NCBI GenBank assembly: GCA_964458835.1
Contig: CAYWKV010000001.1
Location: 19,130 to 83,129, forward strand
Direction of reading: 5' to 3'
Length of the DNA: 64,000 bases
Source of the DNA: an uncultured Gammaproteobacteria bacterium
GTDB taxonomy: Bacteria; Pseudomonadota; Gammaproteobacteria; Thiohalobacterales; Thiohalobacteraceae
Part shown: positions 44,491 to 53,030 of the stretch, in pieces
How positions within the stretch are numbered: the first letter of the stretch is position 1
Layout of the letters: each line of letters starts with the position of its first letter
Program-made: the position numbers and the translations under genes
The notes under the pieces: model-generated
What the model was told of the DNA's origin: nothing
The model's input: the letters and a program-made list of their open reading frames with translations, nothing else
Database searches by the model: none

Positions 44491-46152
44491 TTAGACTGCG
44501 CGGAGAATCCGTGTATGGAGGGCATCCAATACAGCCCTCCCGATATCTTCCGCCCGATGGATCACCTCCCATCCGGGACAGAAACGGCTTACGGCATCGC
44601 ACGCTATGCCAATGCCGTACAGCTCGATCCCGCTTGCCGTGATCATCCTTGAGACCTGGCCTGCGCCGGCGAGGTCGTTCGGATGCCCGTCGGTCAGGAG
44701 CAGGATCAACTTCCGCTCCTCCTTGCGGGCTACGATGCGGTTTCCAGCCTCCCACAGCGCCTCTGCCGTTGGCGTGCCACCGGCGGCTATCAGACTCCCG
44801 ATAGCCCCACGCCGGCCGTTCAGGTCATCGTCGAACGACTTGATGACTTCGACACCACCACCCTCAAAAGCGATCAACTCGGTCTTTACTGTAAGACTCG
44901 CGTTGACCTCGGAAATGGCCACCAGCGCCTGCTTAGCCAGTTCGATCTCCACGCCCTCCATCGATCCTGAGCAATCCAGAACGATGGAGACCGCGGGATA
45001 CGGCAGAGGCCTGCGTACACGCTCACGATAGATCCTATGCTCGCCAGCGAGAGCCCTTGCCAACCTACGGCCATCAATACGCCCCGACTCTGAGACAACG
45101 GATTTCCGACGAGTCCGCGTTTGATATTCGGATACGATCCTGCGTTGCAGCTGCCGAATCTCCCCGGAGACAGACGCCTTCAGGCGCGCATACTCGGCGT
45201 CATCGTCAGCAGCACGGCTGATCCGATCGCTTGAGCGCCCACCAACAAAGCTCGAGGTGTTCGCGCGCTCGGTCGCATCGTGCGCCACCTGGGAACGATC
45301 AAAGATCGGTGTTTGATCAAATCCCGTATCCGCCAGGATCGCAGCAGCACCGGCCGAGACCGATCCCGCCCCCGTCGATTCCGAAGTCCCTTGGGATTCC
45401 GGACCCGTACTCGACTGCGTCGCGGGTGAATCGGTACCACTACCCTGGCTGGCCTCTTGCTGCACAGGCGATTCCGGTTCTGCCGCGTCGTCGTCTGGCT
45501 CGTCATCCTCGTCTTCGAGGGACTCAACCAACGTGACGACAGCTTGTGCCAGACGCCAGGCATCCTGGGTTTTGCTCGCTGAGTACAGATGCGTTGATAA
45601 CAATGCATCGAGCCGCAACAGGCCCTTATCCGTTATCAGGTCACGTAGCGCTGTGCGTGCCGCCTCAAAGGTGTTCTTCACATCCTGATTCAGCACATTC
45701 ATCCGCCCCCATGAATCGACGTACCCCGTGAGAATGCGAGCCGGCGTCAGGCCAGTAAATTCCGCTGTGCCTTGACGCTGTTCCACCAATTCAACCGAGC
45801 GGGCCAGCGTTTCGCGACAGCCGAGATAGTCATCGCCCTCGCGACGCTCGACGACCGTATCCTCAACGGCGTTCCAGATCCCTTGGGTCAGCGGCCTGAG
45901 CGCATCCGGCACTTTGTGCAGCATCTGCCGGTGATACTCGAAATCCGAGTACAGGATATGTGCACATTCGTGGTCGATATCGCCAACAATGATATCCACA
46001 TCATCGTCATCGGCATCGATTGCCAACGGGTTTGAGTAGATGGTCATCCCATCCGTCCTCGGGGGACCCTGGAATACCAGTTCAATACCCTTCTGGCGCG
46101 TCACAGCCCGGCATATCGCAGGGAGTGAACTCTTGAGATTTCTCGCGCGCAT
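44491..46152 (-). CDS. CobT-like vWA protein with N-terminal HExxH motif and acidic linker
   Basis: DIDHECAHILYSD (HExxH). Long D/E/S/T-rich linker. MIDAS VLDCSGSM...LLTDGHPND. Start at MRARNLK after GGGAG. Confidence 0.8.
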   Translation of the reverse strand: MRARNLKSSLPAICRAVTRQKGIELVFQGPPRTDGMTIYSNPLAIDADDDDVDIIVGDIDHECAHILYSDFEYHRQMLHKVPDALRPLTQGIWNAVEDTVVERREGDDYLGCRETLARSVELVEQRQGTAEFTGLTPARILTGYVDSWGRMNVLNQDVKNTFEAARTALRDLITDKGLLRLDALLSTHLYSASKTQDAWRLAQAVVTLVESLEDEDDEPDDDAAEPESPVQQEASQGSGTDSPATQSSTGPESQGTSESTGAGSVSAGAAAILADTGFDQTPIFDRSQVAHDATERANTSSFVGGRSSDRISRAADDDAEYARLKASVSGEIRQLQRRIVSEYQTRTRRKSVVSESGRIDGRRLARALAGEHRIYRERVRRPLPYPAVSIVLDCSGSMEGVEIELAKQALVAISEVNASLTVKTELIAFEGGGVEVIKSFDDDLNGRRGAIGSLIAAGGTPTAEALWEAGNRIVARKEERKLILLLTDGHPNDLAGAGQVSRMITASGIELYGIGIACDAVSRFCPGWEVIHRAEDIGRAVLDALHTRILRAV

Positions 46153-46209
46153 GTATACTCCCACGCACGCCCCCCGTTCGGAGGCGTGCTTGATTACAAG
46201 ACACCCTGA

Positions 46210-46245
46210 ACGGCGGGATTCCTGCTGCTTAAAGGCCAGCTACCT
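46210..46245 (-). promoter_or_regulatory. box A copy A
   Basis: The minus strand reads AGGTAGCTGGCCTTTAAGCAGCAGGAATCCCGCCGT, 58 nt upstream of the vWA start. Confidence 0.6.
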
Positions 46246-46341
46246 ATCTGCCCTATAAGGGCGTGAAGCCTTTTCGCACAACCCTATTGGATTGTCTGAA
46301 AAGGCGCCTCCCTGAGGAGGCGCAAAAATCAGCCAGTCACG

Positions 46342-46716
46342 TCACCAGGCGTATGCACTCTGTGATCGATATTCGACCACCAAAGGTCTGCGCTGCACGT
46401 GCGACCAAAACACCTCGCGACTCATCGTCCGAGGTGCCTGGTCCATTCGCTGGTCCGCGAATTTCTTCCGAAGTTGCAGCCATGCCCGCCCTGCACTACC
46501 ACCTGAGGCATCCAGCAACTCAATCCACGATGCTTTGGTTACACCGTCATACCCATAGGCAAAGCTACCAGACCTCGGTAATACCCAGAGCGTAGTTGCT
46601 CCGTTAGCACTGCCTATACCTGCAACCGCATCTACTGCACTTGATGCCGGATACCGGGCTACCTCACCATCCATAGAAGACTTCGGGCGTCGACTCGTAC
46701 TGGGAGTCGTTGCCAC
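46342..46716 (-). CDS. hypothetical protein ending ...AYAW
   Basis: 124-aa ORF. Start uncertain (GTG 46716 or ATG 46674). Overlaps the end of the upstream gene. Confidence 0.4.
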   Translation of the reverse strand: MATTPSTSRRPKSSMDGEVARYPASSAVDAVAGIGSANGATTLWVLPRSGSFAYGYDGVTKASWIELLDASGGSAGRAWLQLRKKFADQRMDQAPRTMSREVFWSHVQRRPLVVEYRSQSAYAW

Positions 46717-47659
46717 CGGGATAACTTTCTTCCACGGTACTGTTGACCACAGTCTCCTGGATCACTTCCCTCGGCAACAACTCTGCCTGGGGTTCGTCGA
46801 CGGCGAGGGATGCCTCGGGCTGCGGAAAGAGACCATCACCCTGGGCGACCTTAGCCGAGAGCTGAATCTCATTCGCGAGCACGCCGAATACACCGTCCAG
46901 CGCCATGATCTGCGCCGGCGTGTAATCATCGTTACGGATCCCTTGTGGTATATCCGTGAGTACTGCGGCAAGTTCCGCAGCGATTCTGGACAGCCGTGGT
47001 TCAACGTAGGCCAACCCAACCAGCTTGCCCCGGATCTCTTCTGCAACGCGACGTTTCGCTGTCATGCGCTGACACGTAAGTCCACCTTCAGCACGCTGTG
47101 ACACCTCGTGCAGCGCCTGCGCATAGACCCCTTCACGAACAATTTCGAGTTCGTCGGGTTCCAGCTCGACCAGTCGCGGGCGGAGATAGGAAAACTGGAT
47201 TTGTGTATCCAGATAATCCCTCGCCGGCTGAGCATCTCGGATCGCGTTGATAAATGCCTCGCAATTGTCGACGCCCTCCTCCTCACAGGTTTTCCGCAGC
47301 GTCGCGATGTGTGTCTCACAGGCTGTCGCATACCCCTCGAGGAAGGCCTGTTTGGCCTCATAAAACTCCGTACGGGCCTTCTCGATCTGTTCGAGGATCG
47401 CGTCCTTCTTTGACGGATCGATGATCCAGCCAAAGAAGTTGTCACGTGTCGCATGACGCAACAGATAGTCCCTGACCCGCTTCTTATACATCGCCAGGGG
47501 GTTGAGGCTCTCCGTCGAGATCACCGCCTGGCGCAGCAGCGGCTTCATGGCCGCAGGCAGCTTATCCAGTCCAAGGATCTCCTTGATCTTCCCTTCGCCG
47601 GCGAGACGGGTTGCCGATACGAGAGATACATGTGGATTAAACACATAGATCTTGCTCAT
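46664..47659 (-). CDS. hypothetical protein (DUF3150-like by recollection), ending ...FYGW
   Basis: Start at MSKIYVF after GGAG. Long helical protein of the kind found next to CobS/CobT-like pairs on mobile elements. Family name not verified. Confidence 0.5.
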   Translation of the reverse strand: MSKIYVFNPHVSLVSATRLAGEGKIKEILGLDKLPAAMKPLLRQAVISTESLNPLAMYKKRVRDYLLRHATRDNFFGWIIDPSKKDAILEQIEKARTEFYEAKQAFLEGYATACETHIATLRKTCEEEGVDNCEAFINAIRDAQPARDYLDTQIQFSYLRPRLVELEPDELEIVREGVYAQALHEVSQRAEGGLTCQRMTAKRRVAEEIRGKLVGLAYVEPRLSRIAAELAAVLTDIPQGIRNDDYTPAQIMALDGVFGVLANEIQLSAKVAQGDGLFPQPEASLAVDEPQAELLPREVIQETVVNSTVEESYPGGNDSQYESTPEVFYGW

Positions 47660-47777
47660 GTTGCATCTCCAGCCCCTTCCCGAGGGGGCACATTGATTGC
47701 ACACCTCAGCAGGCGGGATTGCATACATGCCCCAGGCGGGACATGTATGCCCCGCTGGGGTGAACGGATGCGTTACG

Positions 47778-48407
47778 CTACCAGGCGTAGTGCGTATCCG
47801 TGCTGGTGACCCTGGCCGCTTGGCCTTCGACCACCCAGTGTGTTTCCACAGCTTGTTTCAGCCTGGTCTCCCATAGCGGAAACCAGGCAAATTGCTCAAC
47901 ATCAAGAGGCAGAGAAACACGCCCCGTCAGATCGAGCTCGTCGGAATCAGTCACCATCAAACGGCTCTGACTCTTTCCCGCGAGGATGGAGAGAAACAGT
48001 CGAACAGGGAAGTCCACTGTTTCTTTCCCGGTCACCATAACGCCTTGACCCGTGCCCTTTGCAGACAGCCAACCATCGCGGCTTGCGCCCTGCTCGAGAA
48101 CAGCAATACGTTCCCGAGCGTTCAGGGAGTCCAGGAACGACCGTGGCGGATATCCGAACCAGGCAAATGTGTCGGCCGAACGTAGTTCGACATGGCCGCC
48201 CAACTCCCCTTCCACCCAGTGGATCTCCATGTAGGCGGGATTACCCGCGTCCACCAAGATCTGTTGGGCCAGGTCAGCTGCCGCACAGAGATCGGCGGTA
48301 CTGACCGGCTGAGTTGCCTGCCACGCGAGATAATAGGGCGTCGCCGGCACTGCATCGGACGTGACATCGTCCGGCTTGTCATCCGTCTCCATGAGCTCAT
48401 CACTCAT
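47778..48407 (-). CDS. acidic hypothetical protein ending ...HYAW
   Basis: 209-aa ORF starting 4 nt after the AAA+ gene stop. Confidence 0.5.
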   Translation of the reverse strand: MSDELMETDDKPDDVTSDAVPATPYYLAWQATQPVSTADLCAAADLAQQILVDAGNPAYMEIHWVEGELGGHVELRSADTFAWFGYPPRSFLDSLNARERIAVLEQGASRDGWLSAKGTGQGVMVTGKETVDFPVRLFLSILAGKSQSRLMVTDSDELDLTGRVSLPLDVEQFAWFPLWETRLKQAVETHWVVEGQAARVTSTDTHYAW

Positions 48408-48410
48408 GGA

Positions 48411-49400
48411 TCATTCACCGAGTCGTACGCCGAACAGCTTGTGGAAAACCTCGCCCACAGGCACTGCCTCCGCCGGAGCCAGCAAGTCGTAGTACGCATC
48501 GGCGAACGCTTCACGGATATCCTTCAGAAGCAGGGTCGATTTCGCCCACTCTTTCAGATTACGTACCGTAAACGGCAGCGATACATTCCCCTCATCGACC
48601 AGGGTACGGCACGCCATCCCCAATTCGACCATAAGCCTCGACGCCGGCCTGTTAGCTTCGGTGAGCGTGACCGCACCGTTCAGTTGAGGGAACGCGAGCG
48701 TGAGCAGCTTCTCCTCAAGGTCAGGTGGCAGGTACCGCATCTTAAGACCGGCGAAGCGGGACCGTGTGGCTCCGTTCATCACCTGGGAGCCCACGTAAAT
48801 ACCGCTCTCGTCCATCGAACCTGGCGTATTGGCCGTTGCCACGAAGGTGACGTGATCAGCCGCGCAGATTCGTTCACCTGTTTCGGGAATGATGAGTTCC
48901 CGTACTTCCAACAGGCGGTTGAATTGCGCGGCTATGCCCGCAGGTGCCATGTTGAACTCGTCGAGCACAACAATCGCCATGGGGTCCCGCATGGCGCGGA
49001 CCAAATGGCCATACCGGAACCGGGTTCTAAGGCCTGAAGCATCGTGCTGGGCTGCTACGCCCTCCTCGCGGGTTTCTCCAACCAGCTCGAAGGTGCCCAG
49101 CAACTCACGCAGTGATGTCTCTTCACCAAAGGACACCACGTGACAGGACCGCCGCAGACGTGCAGCAATCTGCACGAAATACTCGGTCTTGCCACAGCCA
49201 GACGGCCCCCAACACCAGATTGGTTTCTGCTCGCCGATGTTTTTGAGCGCACGCCGCAAGGGCGTGTACTCGAACACGAACACTGGATCGGGAGCAACAG
49301 CGGTGTTGTTCCCGACCGGAACCACCTTGTCCAGGGGCACCTTCCGCGTGTCGGTCTTGGGGGACTCAACACCAAATGCATCGAACAGGCTCGTCGCCAT
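48411..49400 (-). CDS. CobS/MoxR-like AAA+ ATPase
   Basis: Walker A WGPSGCGKTEY, Walker B IVVLDEFN. Start at MATSLF after GGAGG. Confidence 0.85.
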   Translation of the reverse strand: MATSLFDAFGVESPKTDTRKVPLDKVVPVGNNTAVAPDPVFVFEYTPLRRALKNIGEQKPIWCWGPSGCGKTEYFVQIAARLRRSCHVVSFGEETSLRELLGTFELVGETREEGVAAQHDASGLRTRFRYGHLVRAMRDPMAIVVLDEFNMAPAGIAAQFNRLLEVRELIIPETGERICAADHVTFVATANTPGSMDESGIYVGSQVMNGATRSRFAGLKMRYLPPDLEEKLLTLAFPQLNGAVTLTEANRPASRLMVELGMACRTLVDEGNVSLPFTVRNLKEWAKSTLLLKDIREAFADAYYDLLAPAEAVPVGEVFHKLFGVRLGE

Positions 49401-49469
49401 GTTGCGCCTCCAAATTAGGCGCACACTCCCCCCGTATGGGAAGTGTGCAAGTACCACACACATCCCGAT

Positions 49470-49505
49470 ACGGCGGGAATCCTGCTGCTTAAAGGCCAGC
49501 TACCT
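49470..49505 (-). promoter_or_regulatory. box A copy B
   Basis: The minus strand reads AGGTAGCTGGCCTTTAAGCAGCAGGATTCCCGCCGT, 35/36 identical to copy A and 70 nt upstream of the AAA+ start. Confidence 0.6.
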
Positions 49506-49619
49506 GTCAGCCCGGTGGGGCAGGAATTGCGCTCTAGACCGTCTTGCGACGCGGTCCACCGCAGGGCACGGCATGCATACCCTGTGGTGGGCCGCCAACC
49601 GAAGTTGGGGCCCGGACGT

Positions 49620-50675
49620 CTACCAGTTGTAGACGCCTTCTTTGGGAAGCGGCTCTGCCTCCCGTGCAGTGGCTGCGAACAGGTCGTTACGCGCTTCCTG
49701 CTCACGCTCGGCCACACGTCCCGATGCGCTGGATTCATAGATACGAATCTGCTCGTCACCCGGTGGCCGCCTATACCGCTCAATGGTCTCCTGGTCCAGC
49801 GTAGGCAGTCGTTCGCCTACCAGCGCTTTCCAGTCAACACTGCCTTGCCGCGTGAATCGCACGACGCGCAGGTCGCAGGCCTCAGCGTGGAGAAAATCGC
49901 CCATCAGGGCAACCAACCCTTGGTCCTTCTCCTGCAGGCGCCGTTCGATGTTTGCCACTTGCGACTTCGCATTCTCGAGGAACACCGCAAGACGCTTGCG
50001 CTCATCCGCGACAGCTTGCCACTGCGCAAGGATGTCGCCCTCAGGGACGTAAATATCCCGTTCGGGATCCTTCTTGGGTTCCTTACCCGTTTGGATCGAC
50101 ACCCAAAAGGCTTCCGATTCGGGAATCAATTGCGAACGGATGAACTCCTCATCGCGTTCGATCTTGAACTCCACGTAGATCGGTTCGCCTTCATCCACAT
50201 CGAGGCATAGAAAGCAGAGGTACCCCTGCTCTGACCCCGTGACGTAGATTTGATGCTGCACCTGAGGCCAGTACAGCTGGTAGGCCTCAGAAGCACGCAG
50301 GTTCGCCAGCACATCACGGTACGTGTTGACATGTGGCGCCTTCATTTCGACGGGTTCTCCACCTGTCGTTATGCCGTCCAGCGAGGCCCGAAACAGCGGG
50401 TTCTCGCTCGATTCGCAACAGACCGGCAGAAGTATGTCGTTATGCCGTTGTTCGACTCGCTGCCGTACCCAGTCTTCGAGTCGCACGCCCCGCCTGACAT
50501 TGGGGTTGCGCGACAGGTCATCCGGTACGGCCTTGCCCATCTTCTCCGCCCATAACCGCCAACGCGTCTTGTGCGGGCACCGTCCCAGGATCGTTGCGAC
50601 TTCGCTCGCCGAGATCCCATTACGGCGCCACGCATACCACGCCGCCGATCGCTGAGAAAGATCAACGATGCGCAT
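49620..50675 (-). CDS. YqaJ-type (lambda Exo-like) recombination exonuclease with C-terminal extension ending ...VYNW
   Basis: MRIVDLSQRSAAWYAWRRNGISASEVATILG is the YqaJ N-terminus. Start after AAAGGAGAGG. Confidence 0.8.
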   Translation of the reverse strand: MRIVDLSQRSAAWYAWRRNGISASEVATILGRCPHKTRWRLWAEKMGKAVPDDLSRNPNVRRGVRLEDWVRQRVEQRHNDILLPVCCESSENPLFRASLDGITTGGEPVEMKAPHVNTYRDVLANLRASEAYQLYWPQVQHQIYVTGSEQGYLCFLCLDVDEGEPIYVEFKIERDEEFIRSQLIPESEAFWVSIQTGKEPKKDPERDIYVPEGDILAQWQAVADERKRLAVFLENAKSQVANIERRLQEKDQGLVALMGDFLHAEACDLRVVRFTRQGSVDWKALVGERLPTLDQETIERYRRPPGDEQIRIYESSASGRVAEREQEARNDLFAATAREAEPLPKEGVYNW

Positions 50676-50733
50676 AGCCCTCTCCTTTGACCTCCGATGA
50701 GGGACATACCCCGAAGGGTACGCCCCTTCCGGG

Positions 50734-51657
50734 TTAGTCGGTGGCTGCTTTCGCCGCCCCACGGATCTTTTCGTGCGCCCAGACCAGCTCGCTACCCTGA
50801 AGCCGTTCGTTCACGTAATCACGTGCGGCATTCCAGGCGCCGGTTTGGGACGCACGGACAAGGACCTTGTCCATCCATTCGCTGACGAACGGGTGGATGG
50901 CAGTGTCCGGGGGGATCACCTCACCGCTTTCGATCGAGGCCTCCACGTCTCCGCGATCTCGCAGGCCTTCACCGGCGTCTTCGTTGAGATATTGGATGGC
51001 CCGATGTAAACGGACATCGGTTTTCGGCCAGGTCTTCGAGGCACGTTTGATGACCGTCTTCTTAACCATCTCCTCGAACCAGTCGATCCAGGGGCCTTTC
51101 TCATTCTCGAAGGCCTTGGACTTATCTCTGACTTTGTGAATCTCCTGCAGGGACATCGCCTCGACGAGAATTTCGCCATCCACGGTCTTGGCCTTGCAGT
51201 ACGCGCCCAAGAGATCACCGCGGTTAGGATCGAACGGGTCGTAGTGATGAACCGGCTCCTGGGTGGTACCCCGCCATTCGAACTTGTCTGCCTTGTAGAC
51301 GAGTTCGGCCTTTGCCCACAACACCGAGCCGGTGTCAGTTGCGATTCGGATCAGGCCACGGTAGCTGATGTCCACGATGACCTTGTTATCCCGTGGCACC
51401 AAAAACGCGTACTGCGTTGCCGGATTCAGGCTCAGCCCGATTGCCGCGACATTGACCATCGCCGTTCGCATTGAGAACGGATTACCGTTCGCTACCTTTG
51501 TCAGGTAGTCATTCGACGCACAGGCCTGCATGGCAAACATTGCCTCGGCCTGCCAGTCGAGCCCGGTGCGTTCGGCTGCGCGTACGAACTCAACCTTGGC
51601 TTGGTTGATTGCTTGTTCGTACGCCGTCGACACCGGTTGACGCGCTTGCTGACTCAT
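50734..51657 (-). CDS. recT: RecT/Bet-type single-strand annealing protein
   Basis: ...NVAAIGLSLNPATQYAFLVPRDNKVIVDISYRGLIRIA... Start at MSQQARQ after TAGGAGG. Confidence 0.85.
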   Translation of the reverse strand: MSQQARQPVSTAYEQAINQAKVEFVRAAERTGLDWQAEAMFAMQACASNDYLTKVANGNPFSMRTAMVNVAAIGLSLNPATQYAFLVPRDNKVIVDISYRGLIRIATDTGSVLWAKAELVYKADKFEWRGTTQEPVHHYDPFDPNRGDLLGAYCKAKTVDGEILVEAMSLQEIHKVRDKSKAFENEKGPWIDWFEEMVKKTVIKRASKTWPKTDVRLHRAIQYLNEDAGEGLRDRGDVEASIESGEVIPPDTAIHPFVSEWMDKVLVRASQTGAWNAARDYVNERLQGSELVWAHEKIRGAAKAATD

Positions 51658-51784
51658 TGCGCCTCCTATAAGGGGAGGCACGATAGTCCCCCAGTGGGGT
51701 CACTATCGCACCCCCATCTGGGTTGAAATGCTTCTGATCGTCACTGTGCTACCACATCAAAATGGCACTCACGAGCGCAGTGAC

Positions 51785-52228
51785 TCAATCAAAAGGGATG
51801 TCGTCGTCGAACCCTTCATCGAAAGCGGAATGATCGCCTGTCGGTAAACTGCCATCGGCCGCGGGTCGTGCCGCCTGCGATGTTGCCGACTGCGGCCGCC
51901 CGCCCAGCATCTGCATATCGGTCGCCACGATCTCCGTGGTATACCGATCTTGCCCCTGCTTGTCCTGCCATTTCCGGGTTCGGAGACTGCCCTCGATGTA
52001 GACCTGTGCGCCCTTCTTCAGGTACTCACCGACGATCTCGGCCAGTCGCTGGTAGAAGACAACGCTGTGCCACTCCGTACGCTCCTTGGGTGCGCCACTT
52101 TGCTTGTCCTTCCACTGATCGCTGGTCGCGAGCGTGACATTCGCTACCGCGCCACCGCTGGGCATGTAGCGTACCTCAGGGTCTTTACCCAGGTGCCCCA
52201 CAAGAATGACCTTGTTTACACCACGCAT
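51785..52228 (-). CDS. ssb: single-stranded DNA-binding protein
   Basis: [36 protein letters not shown]...TEWHSVVFY is an OB fold. The acidic tail ends DDDIPFD. Confidence 0.95.
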   Translation of the reverse strand: MRGVNKVILVGHLGKDPEVRYMPSGGAVANVTLATSDQWKDKQSGAPKERTEWHSVVFYQRLAEIVGEYLKKGAQVYIEGSLRTRKWQDKQGQDRYTTEIVATDMQMLGGRPQSATSQAARPAADGSLPTGDHSAFDEGFDDDIPFD

Positions 52229-52238
52229 GTTGTTCTCC

Positions 52239-52658
52239 TCATGCTTCAATGACCGCCGGCAGATCGGCGGAACCATTCATGGCTTCGAGAAAAGGAAACA
52301 ATTCCTCTTCGTCGGGCCGCTCCATAAACTCCACGACAGGCACCGTGTCTTCCACATCAAGGTGAGACAGCGCTGCCCTCGAATCCACGTCAGGTGAAGT
52401 CGCCTGCAGGGATGCTTCGACACGTGAGAGTTTTTCCCGCTGATCACCCAGGCCACGGGTCTGGAAATCCACCCAGTTGGCATAGCGTTCCGGTGTCAGC
52501 GGGATACATTTCGGCATTCGACTTCGCCGATGGACATCGGATGTGAAAACCAGCATCCGATCGATGTGGGTGCCTGGTTCCTCTGTCTTGCGGACATACA
52601 GATCCAGGCGCAGAGATCGACCTCGTATCGAGATGATCCGGCGTGCGACAACATCCAT
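52239..52658 (-). CDS. hypothetical protein with acidic C-terminus, first gene of the ssb-recT-exo operon
   Basis: Start set at MDVVARR after GGAG, downstream of box A copy C. The longer track ORF (to 52934) would contain the box. Confidence 0.45.
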   Translation of the reverse strand: MDVVARRIISIRGRSLRLDLYVRKTEEPGTHIDRMLVFTSDVHRRSRMPKCIPLTPERYANWVDFQTRGLGDQREKLSRVEASLQATSPDVDSRAALSHLDVEDTVPVVEFMERPDEEELFPFLEAMNGSADLPAVIEA

Positions 52659-52713
52659 GCGATGCTCCACACACGCCCCTCCGACACGGGGCGTTATGAG
52701 TAAACGCCCGTGT

Positions 52714-52747
52714 ACGGCGGGTCCTGCTGCTTGAAGGCCAGCTACCT
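52714..52747 (-). promoter_or_regulatory. box A copy C
   Basis: The minus strand reads AGGTAGCTGGCCTTCAAGCAGCAGGACCCGCCGT, 56 nt upstream of the 52658 start. Confidence 0.55.
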
Positions 52748-53030
52748 CTCGGACACACGATGATCGCGTGCCAATGAAAAGCGAAGATCCGGGAATTGTG
52801 CGTGATGACGCACGTGGCAATGAGCGATGACGCTCCGAGGAGTCCGGGTCGGGCTCCTGACCTGAGTAGGCCCCAGGCAATCGACGGTGGCCGTCGAACA
52901 GCAGATCACAGATAGACCTGCTCTTACCAGCCATTGCTGGTTTGGGGCAGAATAGTCCTTTCAGTCTGGCAGTTCAAGCCGCCGGCGCCACCAGTCACCA
53001 CCGCTGTCCGCCTAAGCGGATGAGTCAGTG

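Noticed and set aside
44491-49400. Cobalamin biosynthesis (CobS/CobT cobaltochelatase) function
   Set aside because: There is no CobN or any other cob gene in the window. The genes sit in a plasmid maintenance and recombination context, so I kept the chelatase label only as a description of fold family.
48192-50210. Long plus-strand ORFs (281 aa and 255 aa) antisense to the AAA+ and exonuclease genes
   Set aside because: Shadow ORFs. The minus-strand frames carry Walker and YqaJ motifs plus proper SD sequences. The same reasoning rejects 28402-29064, 32030-32806, 8508-9083, 9635-10141 and the alternative frame 17670-18353 inside traG.
52659-52934. Upstream extension of the ORF preceding ssb (231-aa version)
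   Set aside because: It would place box A copy C and both leader hairpins inside the coding sequence. The ATG at 52658 has GGAG at the correct spacing, as in the other box-A operons.
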